DNA of 64,000 bases from an uncultured Cytophagales bacterium (GCA_963845845.1 CAWJTP010000028.1:15643-79642); one strand, 5' to 3'; positions 33,191 to 43,936 are shown, counted from the first letter of the stretch. Program-made: numbers and translations. Notes: generated from the sequence alone by a model not told the origin.

Positions 33191-33521
33191 TAATTGATTT
33201 CAATTTCAGATAATTCTTAACGATTTTTTGAAACTCGGCAATGCTTCGAAGGTCAGACTCGGCCAATCCATTCGTTCTAAATGCAAAAGCAAAATTGGCT
33301 TGCTGAAATTCAGATTCATTACTCATGAGATCAGAAACCTCCACTCCGAAAAGGTCAGATAGTTTCTCTAAGTGGGGAAGAGGGATTTCTCGTTCTCCGC
33401 TTTCATAGTAACTGATTAAAGGGCGGCTGATCTTAAGATACGCGGCAACTTCTTCCTGCGATAAACCCCTCCTGCTTCGCAACATTGCCAGATTCTTGCG
33501 GATTTGGTCTTGGGTAGTCAT
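33165..33521 (-). CDS. XRE-family helix-turn-helix regulator
   Basis: LRSRRGLSQEEVAAYLKISRPLISYYESGER; start reset to 33521, downstream of a canonical promoter. Confidence 0.9.
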   Translation of the reverse strand: MTTQDQIRKNLAMLRSRRGLSQEEVAAYLKISRPLISYYESGEREIPLPHLEKLSDLFGVEVSDLMSNESEFQQANFAFAFRTNGLAESDLRSIAEFQKIVKNYLKLKSINDGRKKSN

Positions 33522-33541
33522 ATTGTTAGGGTTTGGTGCTG

Positions 33542-33572
33542 CAAAAGTATTCATATTTTTTGTAACGTCAAA
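33542..33572 (-). promoter_or_regulatory. Bacteroidota primary-sigma promoter for the XRE-ImmA-PIN operon
   Basis: On the - strand, TTTG (33572-33569), 19 bp spacer, TACTTTTG (33549-33542) matches TTTG-N19-21-TAnnTTTG. Confidence 0.75.
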
Positions 33573-33698
33573 ATGTGCCTTTTTGTTCATGAAACGCATA
33601 TTTATGTTTACATGTTGTATGTTTTTGTAAAATATTATGCCAATTTGTAACAAGTCAACCGACAATTCCGTATTTTTAATAAGCAAACTAAAGAAACG

Positions 33699-33923
33699 GT
33701 GTTGATCGATATTAGCAAACAGAAAATTGACGCACCCTGCCCTATTTGTGGTCATAAGAATTCCATAACCCTTGCGCAGGTCAACAGAGAAGAAACTATA
33801 ACATGCAGATGCGGTCAAAGAATTCAGCTGACGGATAGTGGCGGCTCGAGCAAGAAAGCTACGCAAGATATCAACCGCGCGATGAAAGATTTCGAAAGAG
33901 CATTAAAAGGATTTAGACGATGA
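33699..33923 (+). CDS. Small zinc-ribbon protein
   Basis: CPICGH...CRCG and amphipathic C-terminal helix; overlaps the next gene (ATGA). Confidence 0.6.
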   Translation: MLIDISKQKIDAPCPICGHKNSITLAQVNREETITCRCGQRIQLTDSGGSSKKATQDINRAMKDFERALKGFRR

Positions 33924-34408
33924 GAAGCTTCTACTTAACCAATGACACTCTGTTCATCTACATGACGAACGGGTCAACTTTAGTTATTTTTTTAAATGAG
34001 AACAGCGGTAAGGTATACTACCGCTTTAAAATCGATACAGTTTCTCAAGTTAGGCATACAGGTATATATCTTGGCGCAGACGGGCTTGGTACACAATACG
34101 TTATGCATAACCATTATGAGAACGGACGCCCTTGCATAGTATCCCTGAAAGGTTTTACAAAGGGCAAAGACTTTTATGAATACAGTATTAACCGGTTAAA
34201 TTCATCACTTCAAGTGGTCGAAATAGGCTTAAACGAAATTCTTCGGGGAGAAAGGTACGACTCTGTGAATTACAACTGTCAGACCTTCGTTAACATCGCA
34301 TGCATTAACAAGCGCAAGAGTGATGATGTAGACAAATGGATTGGACGAATTGTAGTTGGGTCGCTATTGTTCTTCGGCATAGCTGCAGTTGCTGGGGGAA
34401 AGAGATGA
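33920..34408 (+). CDS. LRAT/NC-domain (permuted NlpC/P60) protein with C-terminal TM helix
   Basis: HTGIYLG...HNH and YDSVNYNCQTFVN match the LRAT H...H...NCEHFV pattern; hydrophobic tail. Confidence 0.75.
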   Translation: MRSFYLTNDTLFIYMTNGSTLVIFLNENSGKVYYRFKIDTVSQVRHTGIYLGADGLGTQYVMHNHYENGRPCIVSLKGFTKGKDFYEYSINRLNSSLQVVEIGLNEILRGERYDSVNYNCQTFVNIACINKRKSDDVDKWIGRIVVGSLLFFGIAAVAGGKR

Positions 34409-34466
34409 AAGAGTTTTACTAAAAGAATCGAAGGGGGCTTACTTGCCCCTTTTTTATTTGAATCAT

Positions 34467-35396
34467 ATGAATGCTTTTAAATATTTACCACCAGAGCGAA
34501 CTGATATTTTGGCCAACCAACATATGCGATTTACTCAGCCAAAGTACCTAAACGATCCATTTGAATTTCTTCCGTTCATATCCCGCATTATGGATGTGGA
34601 AGACGCTCATGATCTCTATTCAGGGCACATCGAACCAGTATTAATTGAGCAGGGTAATCGAAATCCAACTATTGAGGATATTCCGGTTGAGTTTCGGTCG
34701 CAAATCCCCGATGAAATCATCAAGAAAATTACTACGCTGACTATAAATGAGGCGTTGGCTGGGGTGCCAGCTATTCATCCGAAAAACCTAATTCCAAACA
34801 TTTTTTCATCGCGTAATCCAACAGGCTATTCGACAGCAATTCGGGATAAGTGGCAAGATATGTTTGGCGTATTAAGCCTCGCTTCAATCCACGACAACAT
34901 TACCATGTGGAGTCACTACTCATTAAATCACTCCGGTTTTGTAATTGAGTTTGACCTTACGAACACCTTTTTCGATCGGAGACAAAAGGAGACTGACCTT
35001 ATAAGGTGTGTAAGAAAAGTAAAATATGAGAGCAACCGACCAGACATTAAACTTTATGATTCTACATTGTCTGAGCGGGAACTTCTGAATTTCCTGGTAG
35101 AAAGTATTCTTCTAACCAAGAGTACTCATTGGACATATGAGGGTGAGTTAAGAATGATTTCATATTTGAAGGAAACAGATCAAGTTCTGGAATTAGGGAA
35201 TCAGGCCATTCATTTGAATAGATTTGACCCCTCGGTAATTCGGGCTGTATATTTCGGTGTAAACATTAGTTCAGAAACAAGAAATAAGATCGTCGCTACA
35301 CTAAAAGAGCAACGTTATCAGCATGTCAAACTGTTTCAGGGTGTCTTAAATCCGAGTCTTTACAAAATTGATTTTTTTCTTTGGGATACTCAGTAA
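34467..35396 (+). CDS. DUF2971-like protein
   Basis: FTQPKYLNDPFE, GVLSLA..DNITMWSHYS.NHSGFVIEFD, LTKSTHWTYEGELR, IRAVYFG. Confidence 0.85.
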   Translation: MNAFKYLPPERTDILANQHMRFTQPKYLNDPFEFLPFISRIMDVEDAHDLYSGHIEPVLIEQGNRNPTIEDIPVEFRSQIPDEIIKKITTLTINEALAGVPAIHPKNLIPNIFSSRNPTGYSTAIRDKWQDMFGVLSLASIHDNITMWSHYSLNHSGFVIEFDLTNTFFDRRQKETDLIRCVRKVKYESNRPDIKLYDSTLSERELLNFLVESILLTKSTHWTYEGELRMISYLKETDQVLELGNQAIHLNRFDPSVIRAVYFGVNISSETRNKIVATLKEQRYQHVKLFQGVLNPSLYKIDFFLWDTQ

Positions 35397-35570
35397 GATG
35401 CGAGTTCCGAGCATTTTTTTTTGGCGGCCAAAAATACATCTTGCTGATGCCGCGAGGTCAAGGCATCGGCTTCATTCTCGTGGACAAAAATACATCTTGC
35501 TGTTGCCAGAGATTAGGCAACTCAATTAATCTAGCAGGATTTTGTGACGCTCTCAAGATTAAGACTTCGC

Positions 35571-35852
35571 TCAAATCATACAGATTGAACTCCCTTCATG
35601 CGGATGAAACGATGGCTGATACTGAATATATCCTAGCCGCTGGAGGTCTGAAATTGTCTTATGATATGTCGTTTTAGAATTAAGATGGGATGCACGCATT
35701 AGTTGTCTTCTTGATACGTGGTAAGGGCGTTTGCAGTCGCTTAGAAGCCAGGCATGGCATAAGGCGGTGAAGAGAGAAATATGGGAAGGCTTCAGACGAG
35801 CATCCGAAGCCACCCGATTAAGGTACGTTTTAAGTTGCTCAAGGTGGTCCAT
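35571..35852 (-). CDS. Small winged-helix protein typical of Bacteroidota mobile elements
   Basis: HISLFTAL..W, SRRQLM..S...SKTTYHK.I.DL...GYI.Y.PSFHP; directly after the excisionase-like gene. Confidence 0.65.
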   Translation of the reverse strand: MDHLEQLKTYLNRVASDARLKPSHISLFTALCHAWLLSDCKRPYHVSRRQLMRASHLNSKTTYHKTISDLQRLGYIQYQPSFHPHEGSSICMI

Positions 35853-36119
35853 CTACCTGCGACTACCTTCCAGTAGTTTGATAAGGTCATCGTATTTATA
35901 GAAGATGATACCGCCAACCTTACTACAAGGTAGTGAGCCATTGACCCGAAGGTTCTGCAAGGTGCCGTGAGAAACACCAAGCATCTTCCTTACTTCAGAA
36001 CTTTTAAGCCATTCCTTCTTCACCAGCGACTGTGATGCACCGAGCATTGCTCTCAAATCTTCTAACAGTTGCACGCGGAAATGCTGCAAATCCTCGTGCT
36101 TAAAAATTGCTTCATTCAT
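35853..36119 (-). CDS. Excisionase-like HTH_17 DNA-binding protein
   Basis: EWLKSSEVRKMLGVSHGTLQNLRVNGSLPCSKVGGIIFY. Confidence 0.85.
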   Translation of the reverse strand: MNEAIFKHEDLQHFRVQLLEDLRAMLGASQSLVKKEWLKSSEVRKMLGVSHGTLQNLRVNGSLPCSKVGGIIFYKYDDLIKLLEGSRR

Positions 36120-36363
36120 AACCAAAAAGTTTTGTTTGATTCGAATGTGATGCAAATCGTTTCAAAAGTCTACACAGTTGTTACCCAACTCGGGAAGAAA
36201 TAGTTGAAAAGATTCGGTCAAGCAGCAATATTGCTTTACTGAAAACAAAAGTTTATTTTAGTTAACAATTCCCTGCCCCACCCGATCCACTCGATCCTAG
36301 CCCACTGGGAAATCTGACTTGAACGTCACATCGCTTCATAAGCGTTAAAACCCCTTATTTACC

Positions 36364-38404
36364 ATGGCTAGCCAAAACCGTTACTTAACAAAATCGCGAT
36401 TCATTTTAGCGCTAGAGTGTCCGACAAAACTGTTTTATACCAACAAGCTGGATAAGTACGCCAACAACAAAGAGGAAGACTCTTTTATGTTTGAGCTGGC
36501 CAAAGGCGGTATGCAAGTTGGAGAACTAGCGAAATTTTATTTTGTAGAAAATCCCTTTTCTCCCGCAATAACAATCCAGGCCGGTCCTCAAGAATATGAG
36601 AAAGCATTAGAAGAAACTAAGGAGAAACTAAAGGCTCCCGGCAAAGTGGTATTAGCCGAAGCAGCGTTCCTTCATAACAACTGCTATGTGAGGGCCGATG
36701 TAATTGTCAAGAATGAAAATGATGAACTATTTCTTTATGAAGTCAAATCCAAATCATATCGAGAAGGAGATGATAAATTCATCTTTCGCAACAATATTAC
36801 TAGCGAGTGGAGTCCATATTTAAATGATGTAGCATTTCAAAAATGGGTAATAAGTAATTCTTCTGGAAAGAAAGTCAAGGCCCATCTTTGCGTTGTAGAT
36901 AAAGACGCTAAAGCCTCCGTGGCTGGACTAGCGAAATTTTTCAGGGTATCCGAGGATGCAAAAGGCAGAGCGCATGTGACGTGTAGTCCTGGTCTAATGA
37001 GAAAAGATTTGGGTGACGCATTATTACGGATTTTTGAAGTAGATGGCGAATGTGAGATTATTTATTCGCAGCCACTGAAGCTAAATGTGGACAAGCCTCT
37101 GTCATTTGAAGAAGGGATAAAATTTTTATCGGAAGCGTATCAAAAAGATCGAAAGGTCGCTCCGCATATAACTCCTGCCTGTGGAAAATGTGAATTCTAT
37201 AGCACCGATGAGCAGAAGCACAAAGGACTGTACGATGGGCGAAAGGAATGTTGGTTAGATGGAGGAAATGTTTCGCCTGAATCGTTCGATGGGGAAAGCT
37301 TAGTGACTGAACTTTGGGGTGGAAACGCAGGTGGAGGTAAATCACCAGTTCAAAAATTGATTGACCTTAAAAAGTTTGTACTGAAAGATGCTGTTAGAAC
37401 GGACTTCGAAACAACAAAAAAGAGTTCTGATGACGGTATGACTCCCCACGATCGAAGAGACATACAAATCTCAAAGTCAAAAAATCGAGACTTTACACCA
37501 TACTTGCTAAAAGCCGACTTAAAGAAAACCATTGAAGAATTTAAGTATCCGTTACATTTCATTGATTTCGAAACAACGGCTACGGCACTTCCATGGTTTA
37601 AGGGTATGCGACCATATCAAGGCGTCGCATTTCAATTCAGTCATCACATAGTTCAAGAGAATGGGTCTATTGAACATCTCGATCAATACTTATCATTCGA
37701 ACCCGGCGTTTTTCCAAATTTTGACTTCGTTCGAAATCTTAAAAAAAAGCTTGGAAAAGGACTCTGGCTCTATTTTTCGATACCACGTGCATGAGAACTC
37801 ATACCTGAACTTTATTTACGCACAGATTGATGGCGCGAATGATTTGCCTGACAAGCACGAATTGCAAGAGTTCATAAGAACAATTACTGAGTGGGATGAT
37901 CAAGATGGAAACAGAGTCAGTGGACCGAGGAATATGATTGATCTTTACAAAATCGTCCTTCGCTACTTTTATTCACTGCACGCCAAGGGTTCGAATTCAT
38001 TAAAAGACATTTTGCCAGCAGCGATACAAAGTTTCCCTCTGTTACAAGAAAAATATTCCAAGCCCATTTACGGTAAAGGCTTAGAGATTCCAAGCCTCAA
38101 TTTCAATAATAAAATATGGGTAAGTAAAGATCACCAATTTGATCCCTACAAAACACTCGATCCAGTGTTTCCCGGTTATTGGGCCGAAGATTTAGATCGG
38201 CTAGTACAAGACACTGAAATTATCGCGGATGGTGGTTCAGCGATGATGGCGTACAACATGTTGCAATACTCCGAAATTCCTTTGGATCAGCGCGAAAAGA
38301 TAAAGGATGCTTTGTACAGGTATTGTGAATTGGAGACGATGGCGATGGTGATGTTATATGAGGGTCTTAAATCTCAATTTGATATTCAAAATTTCCCCAC
38401 TTAA
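36364..38404 (+). CDS. DUF2779-like protein (PD-(D/E)XK-like N-terminal half plus exonuclease-like IDFET domain); frameshift in A-run near 37741
   Basis: LTKSRF...ECPTKL, RADVI...YEVKSK, CGKCEF, YPLHFIDFET, FQFSHH, SNSLKDILPA, YCELETMAMV. Confidence 0.8.
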
Positions 38405-38406
38405 TC

Positions 38407-39009
38407 ATGCAACAAGACGAAATTTCCAACTCAACATTCAGAGCCGATTCTGCACTGAACATTGTTCTTACGATCATTGCTGCTCTCTACAATTTGGCAA
38501 TACTCATCTTCTCGTTGATTTGGTTATTTACAAATCAATTTAGTTCGACAAAGTCAGCACTTCAAGACATCAAGAATTTCGACATAAATGAAAATGTCAC
38601 GTATGGATTGTTCTTGGCTGGTGCGATGGGAGGCGCGTTCTATTGCCTAAGGGCGGTCTACTCTAGGCTTGCAGATACCTTTACTCCCCAAGAGGGATCC
38701 CCACCTAAGACTCCATTGAACATGCAGGTTTGGCTTTTTTGGTATTTATACAGACCAATTGAAGGCGGGGTGTTGGCGTTAATATTATTGATGTTAACTA
38801 AAAGCAATTTATTGCAACTACAAGAAGGAACATCACAAGATGTTAGTTCCTACTACACATTAATAGGAGTTGGATTTTTAGCTGGATTTGGTGCCCATGA
38901 ACTTATTCACAAAATTTTAGAAATCATACAGGTTCTATTCTCCAGGTCAAAAATTAAACCTAGCACTTCAAAGGATAAGGCCAGGGAAAATGTAGGAGAT
39001 CACAGCTAG
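38407..39009 (+). CDS. Four-TM hypothetical membrane protein
   Basis: Four hydrophobic segments (GAMGGAFYCL, WYLYRPIEGGVLA, GFLAGF); starts 2 bp after the DUF2779-like stop. Confidence 0.75.
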   Translation: MQQDEISNSTFRADSALNIVLTIIAALYNLAILIFSLIWLFTNQFSSTKSALQDIKNFDINENVTYGLFLAGAMGGAFYCLRAVYSRLADTFTPQEGSPPKTPLNMQVWLFWYLYRPIEGGVLALILLMLTKSNLLQLQEGTSQDVSSYYTLIGVGFLAGFGAHELIHKILEIIQVLFSRSKIKPSTSKDKARENVGDHS

Positions 39010-39013
39010 TGAT

Positions 39014-40259
39014 TCATTTCGCTTGCTTACTGACATTTAAATTTGGTTCAGTCAATTTGACTCTTAGGGCATTCATATCATCGCTAACCTTTTTGTCTAG
39101 TATTCTTGCATAGTGTTGTGTTGTCTTCAAATTCCGATGCCCAAGCATCTTTCCCACAGTTTCCATTGGAACGTCATTAGCTAATGTGACAGTTGTTGCA
39201 AAAGTATGTCGCGCTGTATGGAACGTCATTTTCTTTTTGATATCACACGCATCAGCAATTTCTTTCAGATAGCTGTTCATCTTTTGATTACTCAGTACGG
39301 GAAGTACTCGTCCTTGATTCAAACATTGAGGATCATCTTTGTGTCGATCCATAATTTCGAGTGCTGGAGGAAGCAATGGAATTCGAGTTGGCTGTGTCTG
39401 TTTTTTGTCGGTTTGTCCAGATCCATCTTTCACCGTCAATGCCTATGGTGATTTCATCGGTTGTTAGTTTTTTAACGTCAGCGTAAGCAAGACCGGTGTA
39501 ACAGCAGAAAACAAAAATGTCTCGCACCTGGCTCATGCGTGGCATGAGAATTTCTTTTCAATGATGCGATTAAGTTCATCATCGGTTAAGAACGGTCTTT
39601 CAACTTCACGCTTCGTCATTTTGAATCCGACAAAAGGATCTCGATCAAGCCATCCGCTTTTGATGCAGATGTTGACGATCTTTCTGAAGTTGGACAGGTA
39701 TTTAATTGTAGTGTTGTGATCACACTTACGTACTGACTTCAACCAGAACTCATAGTTGTGAATGAATTCGTAGTTAAGTTTTTTAATGTCGATGTCATCG
39801 ACCTTGTACTTCGACTTCATGAAGTCATGCGTGTGCTTTTTTGAAGTTGTGTAGCGTTCAAAAGTTAATGGAGAGAATTCATGACCGATCAATGCTTTCA
39901 TCTGTTGATTGTGTTCTTCGAAAACTTCCATCAGCATTTTTACTTTCTCCGTCGATATCCCAAGCCATTTGTTTTTGAATTCAAGCATGCTGAGTTCTTT
40001 GCCTTCGTTCAGGATTTGTCGTTGATGGCTGTAGGCTTTTGAAAGAAGAGAATCTAAATATGCATTCAGCGTTTTTGCAGCTGACGTGTTTCCCTTCACG
40101 CGGCCGCTATCGGCCGACCAGTTTGCTGGAAGTACAAGTCTTTTTGTACCTAGTTCGTAACGCTCTCCCGCGATTGTCACGCGCATGTAAATGGGCGCTT
40201 CAACATCGTCATTTCCTCTGTTCCTTGCTGATGAAGAATAATACACTCATCGTGCTCAT
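39014..40259 (-). CDS. Tyrosine recombinase/site-specific integrase (several indels)
   Basis: Arm-binding PIYMRVTI, SAM-like YEFIHNYEFWL, catalytic FCCYTGLAYAD, TFHTARHTFAT, LGHRNLKTTQHY, spread over consecutive ORFs. Confidence 0.92.
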
Positions 40260-40440
40260 AATTGAATTGGTTTTAGTTAAAAATTATGGCATGGAGATTC
40301 TTGAAACAAGATGTCCAATGAATGAACTAGTTGGACACAGTGACTTAAGGCCTTAATTCGGGAAAGATCATTGTCGCTGTCTTCGGTTTCCCGATCCCCA
40401 CCTTACGAATGGAAAAAAGTGACTCTTTTGGGGTGGCCTG

Positions 40441-40481
40441 AAAAAGAAAAAACCTCGAATCCTTTACGAATTCGAGGTTTT
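40441..40481 (-). terminator. Intrinsic terminator downstream of tRNA-Ser
   Basis: aaaacctcgaat...attcgaggtttt stem followed by a U-tract on the - strand. Confidence 0.7.
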
Positions 40482-40504
40482 AGATCTGTTTGATTGATAC
40501 TCAG

Positions 40505-40589
40505 CAGAGGAGGAGGGATTCGAACCCCCGGAACCTTGCGGTTCAACGGTTTTCAAGACCGCCGCATTCGACCGCTCTGCCACTCCTCT
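40505..40589 (-). tRNA. tRNA-Ser(TGA)
   Basis: Reverse complement AGAGGAGTGGCAGAGCGGTCGAATGCGGCGGTCTTGAAAACCGTTGAACCGCAAGGTTCCGGGGGTTCGAATCCCTCCTCCTCTG: acceptor stem, TGA anticodon, long variable arm, GTTCGAATC T-loop. Confidence 0.97.
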
Positions 40590-40622
40590 GTGTTAACGCG
40601 GTTGCGGTGCATTTTGGGAGTG

Positions 40623-40653
40623 CAAATCTATGTTTTTAATGTCTTTCGCCAAA
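40623..40653 (-). promoter_or_regulatory. Bacteroidota primary-sigma promoter for tRNA-Ser
   Basis: On the - strand, TTTG, 19 bp spacer, TAGATTTG. Confidence 0.75.
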
Positions 40654-40742
40654 TGGTGGTCTAACTTTTTACCGTACTACCCCAGAACCACCAACATAAG
40701 GTGTGCGTTCGGCCGTGCTGGTTGTCGCGCAATGGTCTACCG

Positions 40743-42298
40743 TTACCTGCTTTCTTTCTGCTCCTCAACATAATCCACAAACACCTTCTTAATATCCCGA
40801 TCATCAATCCGTGCATTCTTTGCATAAGCATCAAGCTCCAGCAACACAATACGCTGATCACTGAGCGCAGATCGGAACTTCTCAATATCCTTTTCAAACT
40901 CCTGATTCCGCCGCGACATCCCAGCGCATACTTACGCGCGAAGTCGTCGCCGGTTGACTGGAACTTGTTGCGCAGGTCGATACTGATCTTGATCTTTTCG
41001 AGAATGCCTTCCTTGGATCGTCCGATCACTTCGGTTGCTTCGAGGGTACCGAAGGTAAGGACTGTTGTACCGCCAATGCCGGAAACGATCTTAGAGCTTT
41101 TCTGATCGTCAATCACCGCAGGCGTAGCGCCGGTAACGGCACCCAGCGATGCATTCAGGATGGAACGGTTCTTCTTGCCTTTCTTGGCTTTCTTATAGTC
41201 AGCGTTAAGCTGCTTCTGGTTGACATCGAGTTGTTGAATAAGCGTCAACGCATCAACAAGATTGGCTCTGTATTTCTGGAACTGGTGTGCGTCTTTCTTA
41301 ATCAGGTTCTCTGTGTCAGAGACCTTCACTTTTACTTTCTTTTGGATACGGTTGTTGGATTTATCCAACGCATAGAAGATCAGCTCTGGTGTTAGAGCAG
41401 TTTGTGTATCGTCAACAAAGCCGTAACCCGGACTCCAGGTGAGTTCATATTGAAGTTGTGTGTTCTCTTTCAATACCGATTGGGGAATACGATTGTCAGT
41501 TGTGAGCAGTCCGACAGTCTTTACATCATCGTCACCGTTGGGATCGGAGATGTAGAGCTTGAGGTTGATGATCTCATCTTCTTTGATCGTGAAGAGCGTG
41601 TCAGAGGGGACGATCATGATCTCGGGGGGAAGATCAAGTTGTGTTTGCGCGATCTTCAGCTTGCCTTGTGCTTCAGCTTTGTCAGGCTGATCCTGAACGG
41701 TGAATTGAATGGTTATCGGATTTGCTCTCAATGCAGAGAATTGTGAGCGGGACGGGTTCCATGTGAATAGTCCCTGTGATGATATTGCCGATCCTTCCGG
41801 CATTTCCGAGAGGATGGACTTGAATACCAGCGGGTCGCCATCAGGGTCATAGGCAAAGTCGCTGGGAATCTGGTAGGTGTTCGTCGATGATTGTCTTACG
41901 TACACCACAGGCAACTCCTCCACTACTGGCGGGCGGTTTATATGTCGCACGATGAATGTGATCTCCCTGCGTTCACGCTTTCCATCCGGCAATGACTGCT
42001 GAAAGATGACCATGATGTCTTTTGATTTTTCAACACGATTGACCAGGTCGAATGATGGTTGCCAGTGGAAATTTCCGAGTGAGTCGAACTCAATGCCCAG
42101 GCCGTCGGCGCTTTCAATGCTAAAGTTTATCTTCCCGGGATGGTGATGTGTGGTCTTCACCTGGAACTTCACTTCCTGACCTTCGTTCAGAATGTTCCAG
42201 CCTGTTGAATCTGGAAAGATGAAGGTGGGGGCGGCTGTTTGGGCTCGGACAGATAAAACGGCAAGGAAAACGAGACAAATAACGAATAGGTTTTTCAC
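40743..42298 (-). CDS. Secreted protein with tandem Ig/cadherin-like repeats and helical C-terminus (frameshift near 40920)
   Basis: Signal peptide; repeated NRPP, DPDGDPL, G.F.W.P motifs; the alternative frame gives a plausible C-terminus ending near 40743. Confidence 0.75.
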
Positions 42299-42350
42299 GT
42301 TTGGGGTGTTAAAAACGAGCGTAAATTTAGCAAGATCGAAAGCTTATAAG

Positions 42351-42695
42351 ATGCCACAAGTCAAAAAGAAAGGCGCACAGAGCGACTTTTTCGCCGATGT
42401 GTATTCCGTCGTAAAACTCATCCCAAGGGGGCGTGTAACAAGTTATGGGGCTATTGGACATTACCTGGGCCTTAAATCGAGCGCGCGTATGGTTGGATGG
42501 GCTATGCATGCCTGTCCTAAGGGTGTTCCTGCGCACCGTGTTGTTAACAGTGCCGGATTATTATCCGGTAAACACCACTTCAAAACGCCGGCAACCATGC
42601 AGGTATTGTTGAAAAAGGAAGGCGTTTCTGTCGTGAAGGATAAGGTGCAGCGGTTTAAGGAGGTCTTCTGGGATCCGACGAAGGAGCTGTTGTAA
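42351..42695 (+). CDS. MGMT-family alkyltransferase-like protein
   Basis: IPRGRVTSYGAI, ARMVGWAM, VPAHRVVN (Ala in place of the catalytic Cys). Confidence 0.9.
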   Translation: MPQVKKKGAQSDFFADVYSVVKLIPRGRVTSYGAIGHYLGLKSSARMVGWAMHACPKGVPAHRVVNSAGLLSGKHHFKTPATMQVLLKKEGVSVVKDKVQRFKEVFWDPTKELL

Positions 42696-43483
42696 AGCCG
42701 GTTCACCTCATCCCCGAGCGTAAAAATATGATCGTGGGGGAAGTCCCTTTCCCTGAGGAGAGGAATTAGGGTGAGGTGAAAACAGGAGGCGAAGCGTAAT
42801 CGTGTTGTTAGGGGCGCTTCATGTTGTATTCACCTCATCCCCGACCCTTCTCCTCAAAGAGAAGGGAGCGTATCGAACATGATCTAGGCGGAAGTCCTCT
42901 TGCCTTGAGGATGAAGGATTAGGGTGAGGTGAAAACAGGAGGCGAAGCGTAATCATGTTGTTAGTGGCACTTCATGTTGTATTCACCTCATCCCCGACCC
43001 TTCTCCTCAAAGAGAAGGGAGCGTATCGAACATGATCTAGGTGGAAGTCCTCTTGCCTTGAGGATGAAGGATTAGGGTGAGGTGAAAACAGGAGGCGAAG
43101 CGTAATGGTGTTGTTAGGGGCGCTTCATGTTGTATTCACCTCATCCCCGACCCTTCTCCTCAAAGAGAAGGGAGCGTATCGAACATGATCTAGGTGGAAG
43201 TCCTCTTGCCTTGAGGATGAAGGATTAGGGTGAGGTGAAAACAGGAGGCGAAGTGTAATCATGTTGTTAGTGGCACTTCATGTTGTATTCACCTCATTCC
43301 CGACCCTTCTCCTCAAAGAGAAGGGAGCGTATCGAACATGATCTAGGCGGAAGTCCTCTTGCCTTGAGGATGAAGGATTAGGGTGAGGTGAAAACAGGAG
43401 GCGAAGCGTAATCGTGTTGTTAGGAGCGCTCATCTTTTGTATTTACCCCATCCCTGCCACTCTGAATTCAGAATAAAAACGTT

Positions 43484-43936
43484 ATGGCTGATGATAACCT
43501 TCACAAGGGTGCCTACCTAAAGTTGTTTGAGTATGCCCGGATTAACCGGAAGAAAATGACCAAGGCTGAAGGAATACTTTGGAAATATCTGAGAGACAGA
43601 CGGCTTAATGGATTCAAATTTAGGAGGCAACATCCAATAGCTGATTTTATTGCTGACTTCTTTTGCCTGGAGTGTAACCTAGTTATTGAAGTAGATGGCA
43701 ATTATCATTACAATAGAGAACAGGCACAGTACGATGAAGGAAGAACTTTTGAATTAACAGACCTCCAATTAAAAATTATCAGGTTTACTAATAGTGAGGT
43801 TACTGAAAGAATAGAATTTGTTTTAAGAGAAATTGAGAAACATCTATCGCGGACCCGCGCACCCGACCCTTCCTTCAAGAAGGTTGCGGTAAAACATCAT
43901 CCGGGGGAAGTCCCTCTCCTTGATGAGAGGGATTAG
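43484..43936 (+). CDS. DUF559 (Vsr-like PD-(D/E)XK) endonuclease, copy 1
   Basis: MTKAEGILWKYLRDRRLNGFKFRRQHPIADFIADF..LVIEVDGNYH..QYDEGRT..IIRFTNSEV. Confidence 0.93.
   Translation: MADDNLHKGAYLKLFEYARINRKKMTKAEGILWKYLRDRRLNGFKFRRQHPIADFIADFFCLECNLVIEVDGNYHYNREQAQYDEGRTFELTDLQLKIIRFTNSEVTERIEFVLREIEKHLSRTRAPDPSFKKVAVKHHPGEVPLLDERD

Larger units (their letters stand above)
30674..40518. mobile_element. Integrative element/genomic island in the 3' end of tRNA-Ser
   Basis: 15-bp direct repeat gcagaggaggaggga at 30674-30688 and 40504-40518; tyrosine integrase next to the tRNA; excisionase-like HTH gene; AT-rich cargo. Confidence 0.88.

Noticed and set aside
33522-33866. N-terminal extension of the XRE ORF (233 aa in the track)
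   Set aside because: Overlaps the canonical promoter and the opposite-strand Zn-ribbon gene; the real start is probably 33521
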